Shown here: in pieces, positions 17,669 to 27,858 of the stretch
Position numbering within the stretch: position 1 is the first letter of the stretch
How the letters are laid out: each line of letters begins with the position of its first letter
NCBI GenBank assembly: GCA_046761065.1
Contig: JBHIFL010000051.1
Location: forward strand, 1-29,000
Origin: Candidatus Heimdallarchaeota archaeon
GTDB lineage: Archaea; Asgardarchaeota; Wukongarchaeia; Wukongarchaeales; JBHIFL01
Reading direction: 5' to 3'
Length of the DNA stretch: 29,000 bases
Notes under the pieces: model-generated
The model's input: the letters and a program-made list of their open reading frames with translations, nothing else
Told to the model about the DNA's origin: nothing
Database searches by the model: none
Made by a program: the position numbers and the translations under genes

Positions 17669-18829
17669 TTAATAGGGCAGGATTTCTGCTAGCCTATGAA
17701 AAATCCAGTCAAATAGGTCCTCTAACCCTTCTCCAGTGACGGCACTGGTTTCAAACATACAAAATGGTCGCTTGGATTCTTGCAATATTAAGATTAGACC
17801 CTTATTGATCACCTTTTTTCCGGTATAATATGGAAGATCCGCTTTATTCAGTAATAAAGCAAGAGGGGTATTTGGGAATTCATCAAGAACCGTTGTTAGT
17901 TCTTGTCTCGCTTCCTCCCAACGTTGTGGATCTGCACCATCGACGACAAAGACAAGGATATGGGTTCCGCGCGTGTAAGGAATCCATTGTGTTCGATATC
18001 TTTCTTGACCTGGTATGTCCCAGCAAACAAGGGTTAAGTTTCGGAAGTTGATGCTTTCCACCGATAAAGATGTTGTGGGTGTGGTGTGATAGTCCCTTCC
18101 TTGAATTGTATTTAGTATGGCAGTTTTTCCTGCACGATCTAAGCCGATTATTGAAATTTTGGCGGTTTTTCCCCACAACCCAATAAAACGATTTAATTCT
18201 TGTAACAATATTTGGAGTGAGGACTCCGCAGCAAATTGCTCGGTGACCGATAACATTGTGTTTAAAGTTGTAGTTACTTGTTTCATGGTTGATTTTAGTT
18301 CAAACTGATCAAAGATCTCCAGTAGTTCATCTCTCGCAGTGATTGGGTTAAGTTCCTCTTTAACCACAGCACGAAATGTTTGTTTTGCTTTTTCAAGGTC
18401 ATAATCCGATATAACTGTAAAGTGACGTGCTTGTTGATTAATAATAATGTCTAATTTCTTCTGAAACGCTTCCACCATTGAGTGAGGGATCAGATGTGGC
18501 GCCTTAGCTGATTTTTTTAAAAGCTTGTCAGGGAATGTCTGGAAGAACGTTTGTTTTATCTGATGCATGACCCGCGTAACAAACGTATCATCGACGACAT
18601 GCGGCTCAGTACCTATGACGAAAAATAGATTCTTTTCATGAGACCCGAAAAGGGTTAGATTCGTCATCCGCAGGGCTTCGAAAGTGCCTTTATTCAGTTC
18701 TTTTGCAAAAGCAAAGAACGCAGTTAATATTCCTGTTAGAAGAGGCTCATCCAGTTCGAGTTTGGGGCTATACGCTCGACTTACTATTGGTATTCCTGAA
18801 TTCCTGAATATCCAAACATATGATATCAC
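17669..18829 (-). CDS. Longin-like domain + Arf-like small GTPase (paralog of 4235..5620 lacking an intact histone)
   Basis: Colinear similarity to 4235..5620 over its whole length; GLDRAGKT, WDIPGQ, NKAD, ETSAV; GGGAGG RBS at 18838-18843. Confidence 0.9.
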   Translation of the reverse strand: MISYVWIFRNSGIPIVSRAYSPKLELDEPLLTGILTAFFAFAKELNKGTFEALRMTNLTLFGSHEKNLFFVIGTEPHVVDDTFVTRVMHQIKQTFFQTFPDKLLKKSAKAPHLIPHSMVEAFQKKLDIIINQQARHFTVISDYDLEKAKQTFRAVVKEELNPITARDELLEIFDQFELKSTMKQVTTTLNTMLSVTEQFAAESSLQILLQELNRFIGLWGKTAKISIIGLDRAGKTAILNTIQGRDYHTTPTTSLSVESINFRNLTLVCWDIPGQERYRTQWIPYTRGTHILVFVVDGADPQRWEEARQELTTVLDEFPNTPLALLLNKADLPYYTGKKVINKGLILILQESKRPFCMFETSAVTGEGLEDLFDWIFHRLAEILPY

Positions 18830-18883
18830 GTCATCGTCCTCCCGTAAGATAAAATTAACTTATTGCTCTATTATTAGGTTTTA

Positions 18884-21800
18884 TCAGGACTCCGATAATC
18901 GGGGAAGAAACACTGAGAATGTAGAACCCTTCCCAAATTCGCTCTTGACAAAGATTTCTCCTTGGTGGAGTGTTGTTAATTCCTGTGCGATCGCCAGCCC
19001 TAAGCCGGTTCCTGGAATCTCCTGAACGTCTTCCGATCGGAAAAAACGTTCAAACAGATAGGGCAGGTCTTTCTCCCGAATCCCTCGCCCGGAATCGTGA
19101 AAGTGAATTAAGACGCCATCCCTCCCTTCAGGGTTATAAGGCCCTTGATAATGATCGATCGCTTCGATTTTAATCCGCGTCTGATCATCGGAATATTTTA
19201 AGGCGTTATCGAGAAAAATGCGAAAGATCTGGCCTATTTTCTGGTGATCTCCAACCAATTCAATATTCTCGTCCACCTCCACTTCAACCGTGATGGCTTT
19301 CGCTTTTCGGCTCGGCTCTAATTGGGTTAAAACTTCCTGCAGAACTTCTAACGGGCGGAGCTGCTTCCTCTCGATTTCTATTCTTTTTTCATCCATTCTG
19401 GATATGAACAGTAAATCGTCTATCAATTGTGTCATTAACTTGACATTTCGTGAGATCATGCCTAACAGCTTGTCTTGCTGTTCTTCCGACAGTCGCTCTT
19501 TGTACTTCATTATGTTATTTATTGACTGGGCTATGGCGGAAATCGGTGTCCGTAATTCATGCGACACACTTGACACAAATCGCTTCCGCATGTTGTCGAA
19601 GTTGATGAAGGGGGAGATGTCTCGCACTTCTATTATTGCCCCAAAAGGCATCTCCCCAGGAACTTGGGTAACAGCTGAAATGAATTGCAAATGGAGGCCA
19701 GGTTTCGGTTCTATCGTTATCACCTCTCCTGTTTTCGCGAGGAATAGTTTCTGGACCGTCTCGAGAAAGCTATTGTCAGTTCTTTGTAGGCAATTATATC
19801 CAACATGGAGTTCTTCGTGAAAAAGGTTCCAGTAATATTCTTTGACGGTTTTATTGGCTAAGGATAAGGTTCCATCTTTGTTGAAGACTAAGAGTCCCTC
19901 AGGGATCGTTTCAATAATGGTTTCCACCCGCGCTTTCTCCTCTAAGAGATGCCGCGTTTTTTCAGCCACTTGTTCCGTTAAATGATCCTTTGCCCGAGCA
20001 AGGGTTTCCTCTGCCTGCTTACGCGTGGTGATGTCCTTGGTGATGAGTAAAACGCTGTCTTCAGCTGTCTTCGCATAATCAGCAAGGAACCATCGTTCCT
20101 CCCTGGTCGTGCGAAGTCGTCCACGCATCTCCTCTCGTAGCGTTTCACCCGTGGTTAAAACGTGTTTGATGGTTGAACCAAGTCCTGAATAGGAGTAATA
20201 GGGAATGTTCGAACTTCCCAACTCAGTCCCTATGAAATCTGTGATTCTCCCACCGGATAGCTCAAAGGCGGCCTTGTTGACAGCTACCAAGATGATACGG
20301 CCATCCATTTGGCGTTTCCAAAGGTATGCAGGATCAGGGATGGCCTCAAAAGTTCGCCTGAATGTCCTTTCACTCTCTCGTAGCGCCTCAGCCATTCGCC
20401 TTTGCTCAGTGATGTCACTGATCGAGACTAAAACTTTCGCCCAAGTGTCCTCGTAGCCGGGGGCTACAGATAATCGCAACCGAATATGGATTTTGTCGCC
20501 CGTTAACGTTTGGTTGATGGCTTCACCTTCAAACATTTCGCCTTTCGTGAGAGCAATCAGTTCTTCTCTAAACACCCCATAAGTTTCTTCGCAAAAAACT
20601 TGGCTTAAACTTGTTAGAAGTTCATTTTTACTTCTTGCGTTGTACAACTTCAGTGTCGCTTTATTCACATCTAGGATGCGTACCAATCCCGCATATTGGG
20701 TTACCATGTCAGGGTGCTGTGCAAAATAAGTGCGAAAGTCGCTGATTCCTGCCCATCGTAACCTATCAATTTCTTGCTTGACGGCAGAGAAATCTTCTTC
20801 CCAAAGGGAAATAGGAGACTCCTCAAACAGACTACGATACCGTTCTTCACTCTCTCGCAGGGCTATTTCGGTCTGTTTGCGGTCGGTGATGTCGCGGACA
20901 ATACCCCGGAACCCGGTGGGTTCACCTGTGGAACTAATTTGCAGAGAAACAGATGCTTCAACGAACCTCCTAGTCCCGTCTTTCCTAACAATCTCCCAGC
21001 CAAACGCTTTTGTTGGGTTTCCTGTTCGGTAGACCTCATTAAAGGTTTGATATACCGCCTTGGCGGTCTCTTCATCCATATACTGGCGGTTATTCATGCC
21101 CATTAATTCATTTGCGGGGTATCCAAAAAGCCGGCATAACGAATCATTGAAGAAGGTAAAGTTCCCAGCAAGATCAACCTCGTAATAGCCCTCTTCGATA
21201 GTCTCGAGGATCGTTCGATATTTCTCTTCACTTTCCCGCAGCGCCATTTCGGCCTGTTTGCGGTCGGTGACGTCGCGACCGATGGCAATGGATCCAATCG
21301 GAGTGCCCTCCTCGTTTACCAGATTCCTAGAATGCCATGCAATTGTTTTGAGTTGACCATCCTTACACCGGATAGTCGTCTCGTCACCTTTATCTTCTTC
21401 CTCGCCTTCGATAATGGTGGCGGCTTTCGCAAGAACCGTGGTGCGATACGCTTCCTCGGGATACAGCCATCCCCAGATCTTGGCATGCCCAACGACCTCT
21501 TCCCGGGAGTAGCCGCTGATCTTTTCGGCCGCTTTGTTCCAGATCACCACGTTGGCGTTTTCGTCAAGCACATCCAGCCACACGCTAGCGTTATCGATAA
21601 TGCTCTCCAGAAACTGGTTGAGCCGGTGGATCTCCTCCTCCGCCTGCTTCCGCTCCGTAATGTCTGCGATAATCATTCCTAGGCCCTCCCCTACTTTGAA
21701 AACCTTAACAGTTAGATGCCTATCTCCAAATTTTGGATGGGGAACTATTTCCTCTAAAATAAGGGGTTCTCCAGTCCTTATAACTCGCCTATATTTATCA

Positions 21801-22447
21801 TATCGCCCTAGTTCTTTCAAGTGAGGATAAATATCGAATAGGTTCTTTCCGAACATGTCCTCCTTCTTTAGACCCTTGGCTTGCCATCCGGCTCGATTAA
21901 CCTCAACTATGTTTAATTTGGGATCACAAATTATGATATAGTCAGTTACGGCGTCCATAAAACTCCTTAACCTTTCTTCGCTCTCCTGTAGCGTTTTTTC
22001 CATTCGCTTGCGCTCAGCAAGTTCTCGCTGAAGCTCCTTGAATAGCCTTCTACGCTCTATTATCAGGTACTGCCTCTCAAGAGCCTCCCGAACTGCATGC
22101 AATACTTCCTTCATATCCAAAGGTTTCATGATGTAGGCTGATGCCCCATTCCTCATGGATTGCACCGCAGTTTCCAAAGAGGCATAGCCAGTGATCATCA
22201 TCACCACTATGTCAGGATGTAGTTCCTTCAACGGCGTAACTAGCTCTACTCCTTCCATATCGGGTAGCTTGATGTCTAAGAGAACCAGATTGAATTTTTT
22301 TGCCTTTACTTTCTCTAAGGCTTCTCTTCCTGTCTCAACCGTCTCTGTTTCATATCCCTCATGATCAAATAGGAGCTTCAGGCTTCGGCAGATGTGTTCC
22401 TCATCGTCTACGATCAGAATCCTCTTTTTCGTATCGATCTCTTCCAT
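18884..22447 (-). CDS. Cytoplasmic hybrid sensor histidine kinase: REC - 6x PAS - HisKA - HATPase
   Basis: REC ILIVDD/LLDIKLP/ITG/MKP; six PAS units ending in D(I/V)T/S-type linkers; SHELRTP, NALKYS, DSGRGI, GTGLGL; probable ATG at 22447 (ORF-track extension to 22519 overlaps the upstream gene). Confidence 0.92.
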   Translation of the reverse strand: MEEIDTKKRILIVDDEEHICRSLKLLFDHEGYETETVETGREALEKVKAKKFNLVLLDIKLPDMEGVELVTPLKELHPDIVVMMITGYASLETAVQSMRNGASAYIMKPLDMKEVLHAVREALERQYLIIERRRLFKELQRELAERKRMEKTLQESEERLRSFMDAVTDYIIICDPKLNIVEVNRAGWQAKGLKKEDMFGKNLFDIYPHLKELGRYDKYRRVIRTGEPLILEEIVPHPKFGDRHLTVKVFKVGEGLGMIIADITERKQAEEEIHRLNQFLESIIDNASVWLDVLDENANVVIWNKAAEKISGYSREEVVGHAKIWGWLYPEEAYRTTVLAKAATIIEGEEEDKGDETTIRCKDGQLKTIAWHSRNLVNEEGTPIGSIAIGRDVTDRKQAEMALRESEEKYRTILETIEEGYYEVDLAGNFTFFNDSLCRLFGYPANELMGMNNRQYMDEETAKAVYQTFNEVYRTGNPTKAFGWEIVRKDGTRRFVEASVSLQISSTGEPTGFRGIVRDITDRKQTEIALRESEERYRSLFEESPISLWEEDFSAVKQEIDRLRWAGISDFRTYFAQHPDMVTQYAGLVRILDVNKATLKLYNARSKNELLTSLSQVFCEETYGVFREELIALTKGEMFEGEAINQTLTGDKIHIRLRLSVAPGYEDTWAKVLVSISDITEQRRMAEALRESERTFRRTFEAIPDPAYLWKRQMDGRIILVAVNKAAFELSGGRITDFIGTELGSSNIPYYSYSGLGSTIKHVLTTGETLREEMRGRLRTTREERWFLADYAKTAEDSVLLITKDITTRKQAEETLARAKDHLTEQVAEKTRHLLEEKARVETIIETIPEGLLVFNKDGTLSLANKTVKEYYWNLFHEELHVGYNCLQRTDNSFLETVQKLFLAKTGEVITIEPKPGLHLQFISAVTQVPGEMPFGAIIEVRDISPFINFDNMRKRFVSSVSHELRTPISAIAQSINNIMKYKERLSEEQQDKLLGMISRNVKLMTQLIDDLLFISRMDEKRIEIERKQLRPLEVLQEVLTQLEPSRKAKAITVEVEVDENIELVGDHQKIGQIFRIFLDNALKYSDDQTRIKIEAIDHYQGPYNPEGRDGVLIHFHDSGRGIREKDLPYLFERFFRSEDVQEIPGTGLGLAIAQELTTLHQGEIFVKSEFGKGSTFSVFLPRLSES

Positions 22448-22451
22448 TGTC

Positions 22452-23207
22452 CTATAATCCCACCTTATATTTCCGTTCCCAAATCTCAACGACCAACCTG
22501 AGCAATTTTGCCATATCAAGTGGCTTATAGAGACAAGTGTAGGCGTGATTGTTTAGAGCTTCTTGCACCAAATCATCCATCTCTTGGCGATAGGCCGTCA
22601 TCATAATAACTACCGCTTCTGGCTGAATCTCTTTGAGGGCTAAAAAGGTTTCCAGGCCATTGATGGTTGGTAGCTTCATGTCAATGAAGATGATGTTAAA
22701 GACTTTCTCCTGCGCTATGGCGATAGCCTCCTCGCCGGTATGAGCGATGCCCACTTTGTAATTCCTCTTGGTTAGGATGTTTTTCAATGTGAGACAAGTC
22801 TCTGGGTTGTCATCAACCACTAAGATGAGCGCTCCTCGCTTCTCCTCAAGTGCCTTTTCAATGAGAGTAACCACTCTTTCGATATCCAGTGGTTTGTAGA
22901 CAATCCCGAAGGCACCTTCCTGCAACGCCTCTTGCACCAGGTCCTCCATCGCGTAGGCGGTCATCATTATTACTATCGCGTCGGGTCGGATCGTTTTGAT
23001 CCGTTTGTAAATTTCCACGCCGTTCATAAGGGGCATCTTGATGTCCAGGAAGATTATGTCGAAGGGGTGCTTCTCCACCCTAGCGATAGCTTCTGGCCCG
23101 TCTTCCGCAGTGCTAACAACGTAGCTCTTGTGTCTCAGTACGAACGCCATGGTCTTGCGCAGACTGGCATTGTCATCTACGATTAAGATGCTGGCTTTCG
23201 CTTCCAT
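22452..23207 (-). CDS. Response regulator made of two tandem REC domains, no output domain
   Basis: ILIVDD..FLDIKMP..MMTAY..YKP and ILVVDD..FIDMKLP..MMTAY..YKP. Confidence 0.92.
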   Translation of the reverse strand: MEAKASILIVDDNASLRKTMAFVLRHKSYVVSTAEDGPEAIARVEKHPFDIIFLDIKMPLMNGVEIYKRIKTIRPDAIVIMMTAYAMEDLVQEALQEGAFGIVYKPLDIERVVTLIEKALEEKRGALILVVDDNPETCLTLKNILTKRNYKVGIAHTGEEAIAIAQEKVFNIIFIDMKLPTINGLETFLALKEIQPEAVVIMMTAYRQEMDDLVQEALNNHAYTCLYKPLDMAKLLRLVVEIWERKYKVGL

Positions 23208-23213
23208 GCCATG

Positions 23214-24815
23214 TTACCTCCTCTCCTCTCGGTTCATAGGTAGGTAGACCTTGAAAGTGCTTCCCTTATCCACTTCACTTTGGACCTCGATGGTGCCACC
23301 GTGGCCCTCTACCAGCGTCTTGGCAACAGCTAGTCCCAACCCAATACCCTTAGATTTGGTCGTAAAGAGGGGCTCGAAGATTTTCCCTAAGTTTTTCTCG
23401 GGGATGCCCGCCCCGGTATCTGCAAAAGAGACGACCACCCATTCAGGACTGCGACCTTCAGACATGACGACTAACTGCCCCCCCTTGGGCATTGCCTGGA
23501 TGGCGTTGCGGGCGATGTTTTCGAAGACTTGATTGAGTTGCTCGGGATCAGCCAGGATCGACGGTAAAGTCCTGTCTAGGTGGCTCACGACCTCAACGTT
23601 CTCTGGCACGTTAATCCGGCCTAATGTTTTTTGGACAATGTCGTTGATATCCACTATCCGGTAGGTAGGAGCTTTTGCGCGAGCGAAGTCCAGCAGACTG
23701 CTGATGATCCTTTCGGAGGTCGCTACTTCCTTATCCAAGATCTCCAGTGTCTCCTTCACCTCAGGGTCGGGTTCCTTTAATACCATGTTAAGGAAGTACG
23801 CGGCGTTCTTGATGGCTCCTAGTGGGTTGCGGAGTTCATGACCCACACCGCCAGCCAGTTGCCCAAGGACCGCCAGCCGTTCCTTGCGGACCAGTTCCTC
23901 CTGAGCCTGACGTAACCCTAAAGTGCGTTGCTCTACCGTCTTTTCCAGTCGTTCCGAATACCTCTTTAGCTTTGCTTCTGCTTGCTTCCGCTCGGTGATG
24001 TCCTCGATCGCCATGAGAATCATCTGAGTTCGGTTTGCCTCGCGATAGATGCGACGGGCGTTTAGCAGCATCGTTTTCTGTCCTATCCTTGGGAAGTCAT
24101 GGTCAACCACAAAGGCCTCAATGGTTGTGTTTTGGGGGAGAATTTCCTCCAACAACTCTCTGAGCTCTGGGATATCCCATTGGTGGTTTCCCAACTCGTA
24201 GATGGGAAGATGCTCCGTTTCCTCCCTTGTGACGTGAAATGTTTCGTAGAAGGCTCGATTGGCAGAAAGCACGCGTAGTTCCGCATCTAGGACCACTAAA
24301 GGCTCCCGCAACGTCTCCACAATGCTCTCAGCGTAGGCTTGTGCCTCTCGTAGCGCAGCCATTGCCCGTTTCCGCTCGGTGATGTCTCGAAAGATTAAAA
24401 CAACACCTAGAAGGGTTCCTGCCTCATTACGGACGAGGGCTGCACTGCCATCAATCGGGAATTCAGCGCCATCCTTCGCGATGAGGATCGTATGATTGCT
24501 TAAACTGACCACCCTGCCATCTTGGAGGGCTTTCCTTACAGGGTTCTTCGCTAAGGCACGTGTTTCTTCGTTTATTATATGGAATACATTGGTCAACACT
24601 TGGCCCAACGCGTCTTCATACTTCCAACCTGTCAGCACTTCGGCCACGGGGTTCAAATAGGTGATGACACCTTTGGTATCGGTGACAATCACCGCCTCGC
24701 CGGTATTCTTGAGTGTAGCAGCAAACCACGCTCTATCAAATTCTGCATAGGCATGTTTAGTTGTTTCATCTTGTCGATCCTTAATTTTTCGAGAATTTGT
24801 GAGTTTATCCTTCAT
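23214..24815 (-). CDS. PAS-PAS sensor histidine kinase (NtrB-like transmitter)
   Basis: Two PAS domains; GHELRNPL, NAIQAM, DTGAGI, FEPLFTTK, GIGLGL; AGGAG RBS. Confidence 0.92.
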   Translation of the reverse strand: MKDKLTNSRKIKDRQDETTKHAYAEFDRAWFAATLKNTGEAVIVTDTKGVITYLNPVAEVLTGWKYEDALGQVLTNVFHIINEETRALAKNPVRKALQDGRVVSLSNHTILIAKDGAEFPIDGSAALVRNEAGTLLGVVLIFRDITERKRAMAALREAQAYAESIVETLREPLVVLDAELRVLSANRAFYETFHVTREETEHLPIYELGNHQWDIPELRELLEEILPQNTTIEAFVVDHDFPRIGQKTMLLNARRIYREANRTQMILMAIEDITERKQAEAKLKRYSERLEKTVEQRTLGLRQAQEELVRKERLAVLGQLAGGVGHELRNPLGAIKNAAYFLNMVLKEPDPEVKETLEILDKEVATSERIISSLLDFARAKAPTYRIVDINDIVQKTLGRINVPENVEVVSHLDRTLPSILADPEQLNQVFENIARNAIQAMPKGGQLVVMSEGRSPEWVVVSFADTGAGIPEKNLGKIFEPLFTTKSKGIGLGLAVAKTLVEGHGGTIEVQSEVDKGSTFKVYLPMNREERR

Positions 24816-26268
24816 TATGCTCCTCCTAGACCTGCTTGTGTTCGATGATGCTCTTGGTGATCAGTAAAATGCATTTCCCGAGAGTCTTTAAATAATCAAC
24901 CAAGAACTATTGTTCCATTCTGTAAATATACTTATTTTATTCTTTTTTAGTTAGGAACGGGCTCCCTTAACACCCTTCTTGCTATGCATGCCTTCTTAGG
25001 TTTGGACTATCTTAGGCCTTAGTCTTTACCATTCTATTGAAAAGTTGCTACCAAAATACGCTTCCCATGAAGTATACCATGCAAAACACCATAATATCTT
25101 TTCAACGCAGAAACATTCCCGTTTCCGTAGCCGATCCCTGATTTATTTATGAAAATATATTATATTAAAAGACTCTCCTAAAAAATCTGCTCTTTTTTAC
25201 TTTACCAATAGAACAGCTAAAATATCAATGTAACTTCCTCCCTCCTCTCTTATCTCTTTCCTCCTACGTGTAGGTGCTCTGAGATGTCATATGGCAGTGA
25301 GTTATGTCTCACTTGGATCGCCGCTGTCACATATGCATCATGATTGATGGTTTTATAACTAGCTGCTATAAATATAACGCTTATCTGTCCGATTATTTCT
25401 ATCTCAATGCCTAAAACAACAGTGTTTTTGGACATCAGCCCTAGTTGTTACCTAATCGATTATGGAGTTGGGTTATTTTTTTACATTTGTATTTTATCAA
25501 TAAAAAGGTCTATCCATCCAGTGGAAGTGCGGATTGGCTCAAGTAACCGCATACTAGCTTGAATTTGTGCCAACAGATTGCTTTCGGATTAATCTTAAAC
25601 TTTTATGAATTTTACAAACAAAAATCCCACCATGGCGATCTTTTATAACATCAAGAAGAAGTCTAACTTTAAGATCCCCCAAAAACGCGGGTGATGTAGT
25701 TATTTAGGCAAACTCGTAGTATAGAACAATATTTTGCGTTCTAACCCGAACAACAGATTATTAAGGAGGATAAACAGTATAGACAATAGATACAAAACTT
25801 TATTACCAATTTTAAAGACGGAAGACGCTAATTGATATAGGCGGTTTGCCACTCTGGGGAGATATCGCGCTATTATGCAAGGATTAGGAGGAGGATCAAA
25901 GCCAAAACCTTACTATTATGGGCATGAGTGATGAATAATAGGAGACAATTAGTAGAATTTGAAACGGCATCATATGGCTGAATGTACCTAGATACTGTAG
26001 CATTAGGAGATTATCAGATGGAATCAGCTCCATGGGAAAAAAAGGGATTATACGGGGGCTAGGGGGGATTTGTGACAATGTTAAAGATCTGGAAGAATAA
26101 CAATTGTCTTATTAACTACTGATATTGATAAAGGAGGATTAAATGGTTCATCCAGTTGTCAGATTGATAGGCAAAAACTTTCAAACCTCTCTCTATTGCG
26201 ACTGAAACAGATCTAAACACCTTTTTTAATCCTTTAGGTTATTTATTGAATTTGAAGGAATTATCCAA

Positions 26269-27159
26269 CTATAGGATTGGAGTTGTTAATATTCCCGAAA
26301 TAGTTTCCCAATATTGCTTTTTATCCCACTCTTTGGCCGCTTTTATGCGATTTGCAAGGTCTTGGAGGCATTCCTTGATTTTTAAGGATTCAAAATAACT
26401 GATCTTTGGCGCAATGATTGCTACCATGAATTGGCGACAGCCCCCCCTGACCGTTTCATCGGCAAATAAATCGAAGTAGAGATAACCTGCCTGTTTGATA
26501 TTTTCAATATTTAGTAAAATCCCTTGCGCTTCATAAAAGCCGGTCTGACCATAAATTGACACGGCCGCCTGAAATAACTGAACTCCGAGTTTGTGGAGGG
26601 AAAAGGGTGGGTTTTTTTCCTCGGGAACGACAACCTTTACTACTGGACCCCTCACTTCATCCCACACTACCACAAGCAAAAAAACCTTTTTTTTCTCTTT
26701 CTCAGAGATTGACGGGCGTACATCTATCTTTAAGGAAGCCATCAAATTGGTTTCTAGGCGTTTTTGAAGAGATTTGGTTTTTTTGGTTCGAGCAAGTTTA
26801 CCAGCAATAATAGCCAATAAATCTTCTTCTTGAAAGGGTTTTGTGAGATAATCATCTACACCGAGCATTTTGCCAAAGCGGACATCTTCAGGTGTCGCAA
26901 GAGCAGATAAAAAGATAAAAGGAATGAATGCCCACTGAGGGTTAGCAGAAACCATCTTAAAAAAATTATAACCATCCATTTTAGGCATCATAATATCACT
27001 GATGATGAGGTCTGGAGGGGCTTCTAGATCAGAAAGAAGCTGTAGGGCTTCTTTCCCATTGGTTGCAGTAATTACTCGATAATTATTAAGTTCTAAGGTC
27101 AATTTTATGTTAACCAAGATATCTAGTTGATCATCAACAACAAGTATCATGGGGTTCAT
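26269..27159 (-). CDS. REC domain fused to uDENN/longin-like output domain
   Basis: Intact REC (ILVVDD, ISDIMMPKMDG, FLSA, LTKP); C-terminal LVVVWDEVRGP...YFDLFADETVRGGCRQFMVAII parallels VSFFDTYIGP...HFEIPSEWARGKRELVMISVV of 12001..12963. Confidence 0.8.
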   Translation of the reverse strand: MNPMILVVDDQLDILVNIKLTLELNNYRVITATNGKEALQLLSDLEAPPDLIISDIMMPKMDGYNFFKMVSANPQWAFIPFIFLSALATPEDVRFGKMLGVDDYLTKPFQEEDLLAIIAGKLARTKKTKSLQKRLETNLMASLKIDVRPSISEKEKKKVFLLVVVWDEVRGPVVKVVVPEEKNPPFSLHKLGVQLFQAAVSIYGQTGFYEAQGILLNIENIKQAGYLYFDLFADETVRGGCRQFMVAIIAPKISYFESLKIKECLQDLANRIKAAKEWDKKQYWETISGILTTPIL

Positions 27160-27362
27160 CTCTATCTCCTTACACCTAATTTTAATTTGCGTTTTTTCTT
27201 ATAATACTGTTCTAAATGTTTATTTTACTAGAAGACCACTAAAGATTTCTTCGTTTAATCTAGTTATACAGAAGTTGATACTGAAAACACATCTGCCATC
27301 CCATTTCATGAGTGTAACTTAATGAGTTCACATGTTTCTACTTGCATTCCTTTTATTGTCAT

Positions 27363-27678
27363 TCCAAGTCCTGGAAGTTGCATGGTCATCTGATGCGGGA
27401 GAAACTGACCTAATTCCTAGAGTTGATATATGTGGATTGTTCTCCTTCTTCCGAAATGATCGTCATCGAAGATTAAATTTTCATCGTTGATAACGCCTTG
27501 CATTCTAAGCTACTCTAGCTTCTTACTGATTAGAGCTTTACTCACTTTTATCATTGCAACTATTTTGGTTTTTATTTGACCGATCCCTGCGTTTAAGAAA
27601 TCCCAGAATTCGACACATCTTTTGATCAATCAATTGAGTAAGATCAGTTATTGATTTTTCATACCACTTGGTTATTGG
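27363..27678 (-). pseudogene. Degenerate winged-helix domain paralogous to the C-terminus of 2957..3676
   Basis: PITKWYEKSITDLTQLIDQKMCRILGFLKRRDRSNKNQ/(frameshift near 27563-27573)/IVAMIKVSKALISKKLE*LRMQGVI...RTIHIYQL*ELGQFLPHQMTMQLPGL vs PVSAWIDFHTLNEQLVLDIATVRILTYL...LSRPRLEAKLDFLRRKGLI...REVKQYTISELGKFATDNLETHFSGL; TAG at 27510-27512 and 27417-27419. Confidence 0.75.
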
Positions 27679-27858
27679 CTTCTCAGGTTTTTTATTATAA
27701 GCAATTCCGCTTCGATATGAACCAGTGATCCTCTTACTCTATTTTTATCGCGATTTTTTTCCAATAAAACTTAATTTTCTTGTTAAGAAAAAGTATCTCA
27801 TTTTGTGATACTAAATGGAGTAAAGTATGTTACAGAGGTTATTTCTTTAAAAAGCAAA

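Noticed and set aside
22448-22519. ORF-track N-terminal extension of the hybrid kinase
   Set aside because: Overlaps the REC-REC gene; ATG 22447 sits 4 bp after its stop and directly precedes the REC domain
25250-25435. 61-aa ORF resembling the C-terminal half of a REC domain (GIE..ISVIFIAA..YDISEHL)
   Set aside because: Key T/S and KP residues are absent and no N-terminal half is recoverable; may be a remnant but cannot be supported by eye
25861-26100. Plus-strand stop-riddled frame with PAC-like text (NGIIWLNV...KGIIRGLGGICDNVKD)
   Set aside because: Similarity too weak and too many stops; needs a translated HMM search
1117-26810. Numerous short antisense or overlapping ORFs in the track (e.g. 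7177..7551, 19290..19820, 15548..15901)
   Set aside because: They lie opposite or inside well-supported genes and show no motifs; treated as shadow ORFs
27417-27512. In-frame TAG codons as pyrrolysine recoding
   Set aside because: The same element also has a frameshift, other remnants use TAA/TGA, and no pyl genes are in the window; decay is simpler
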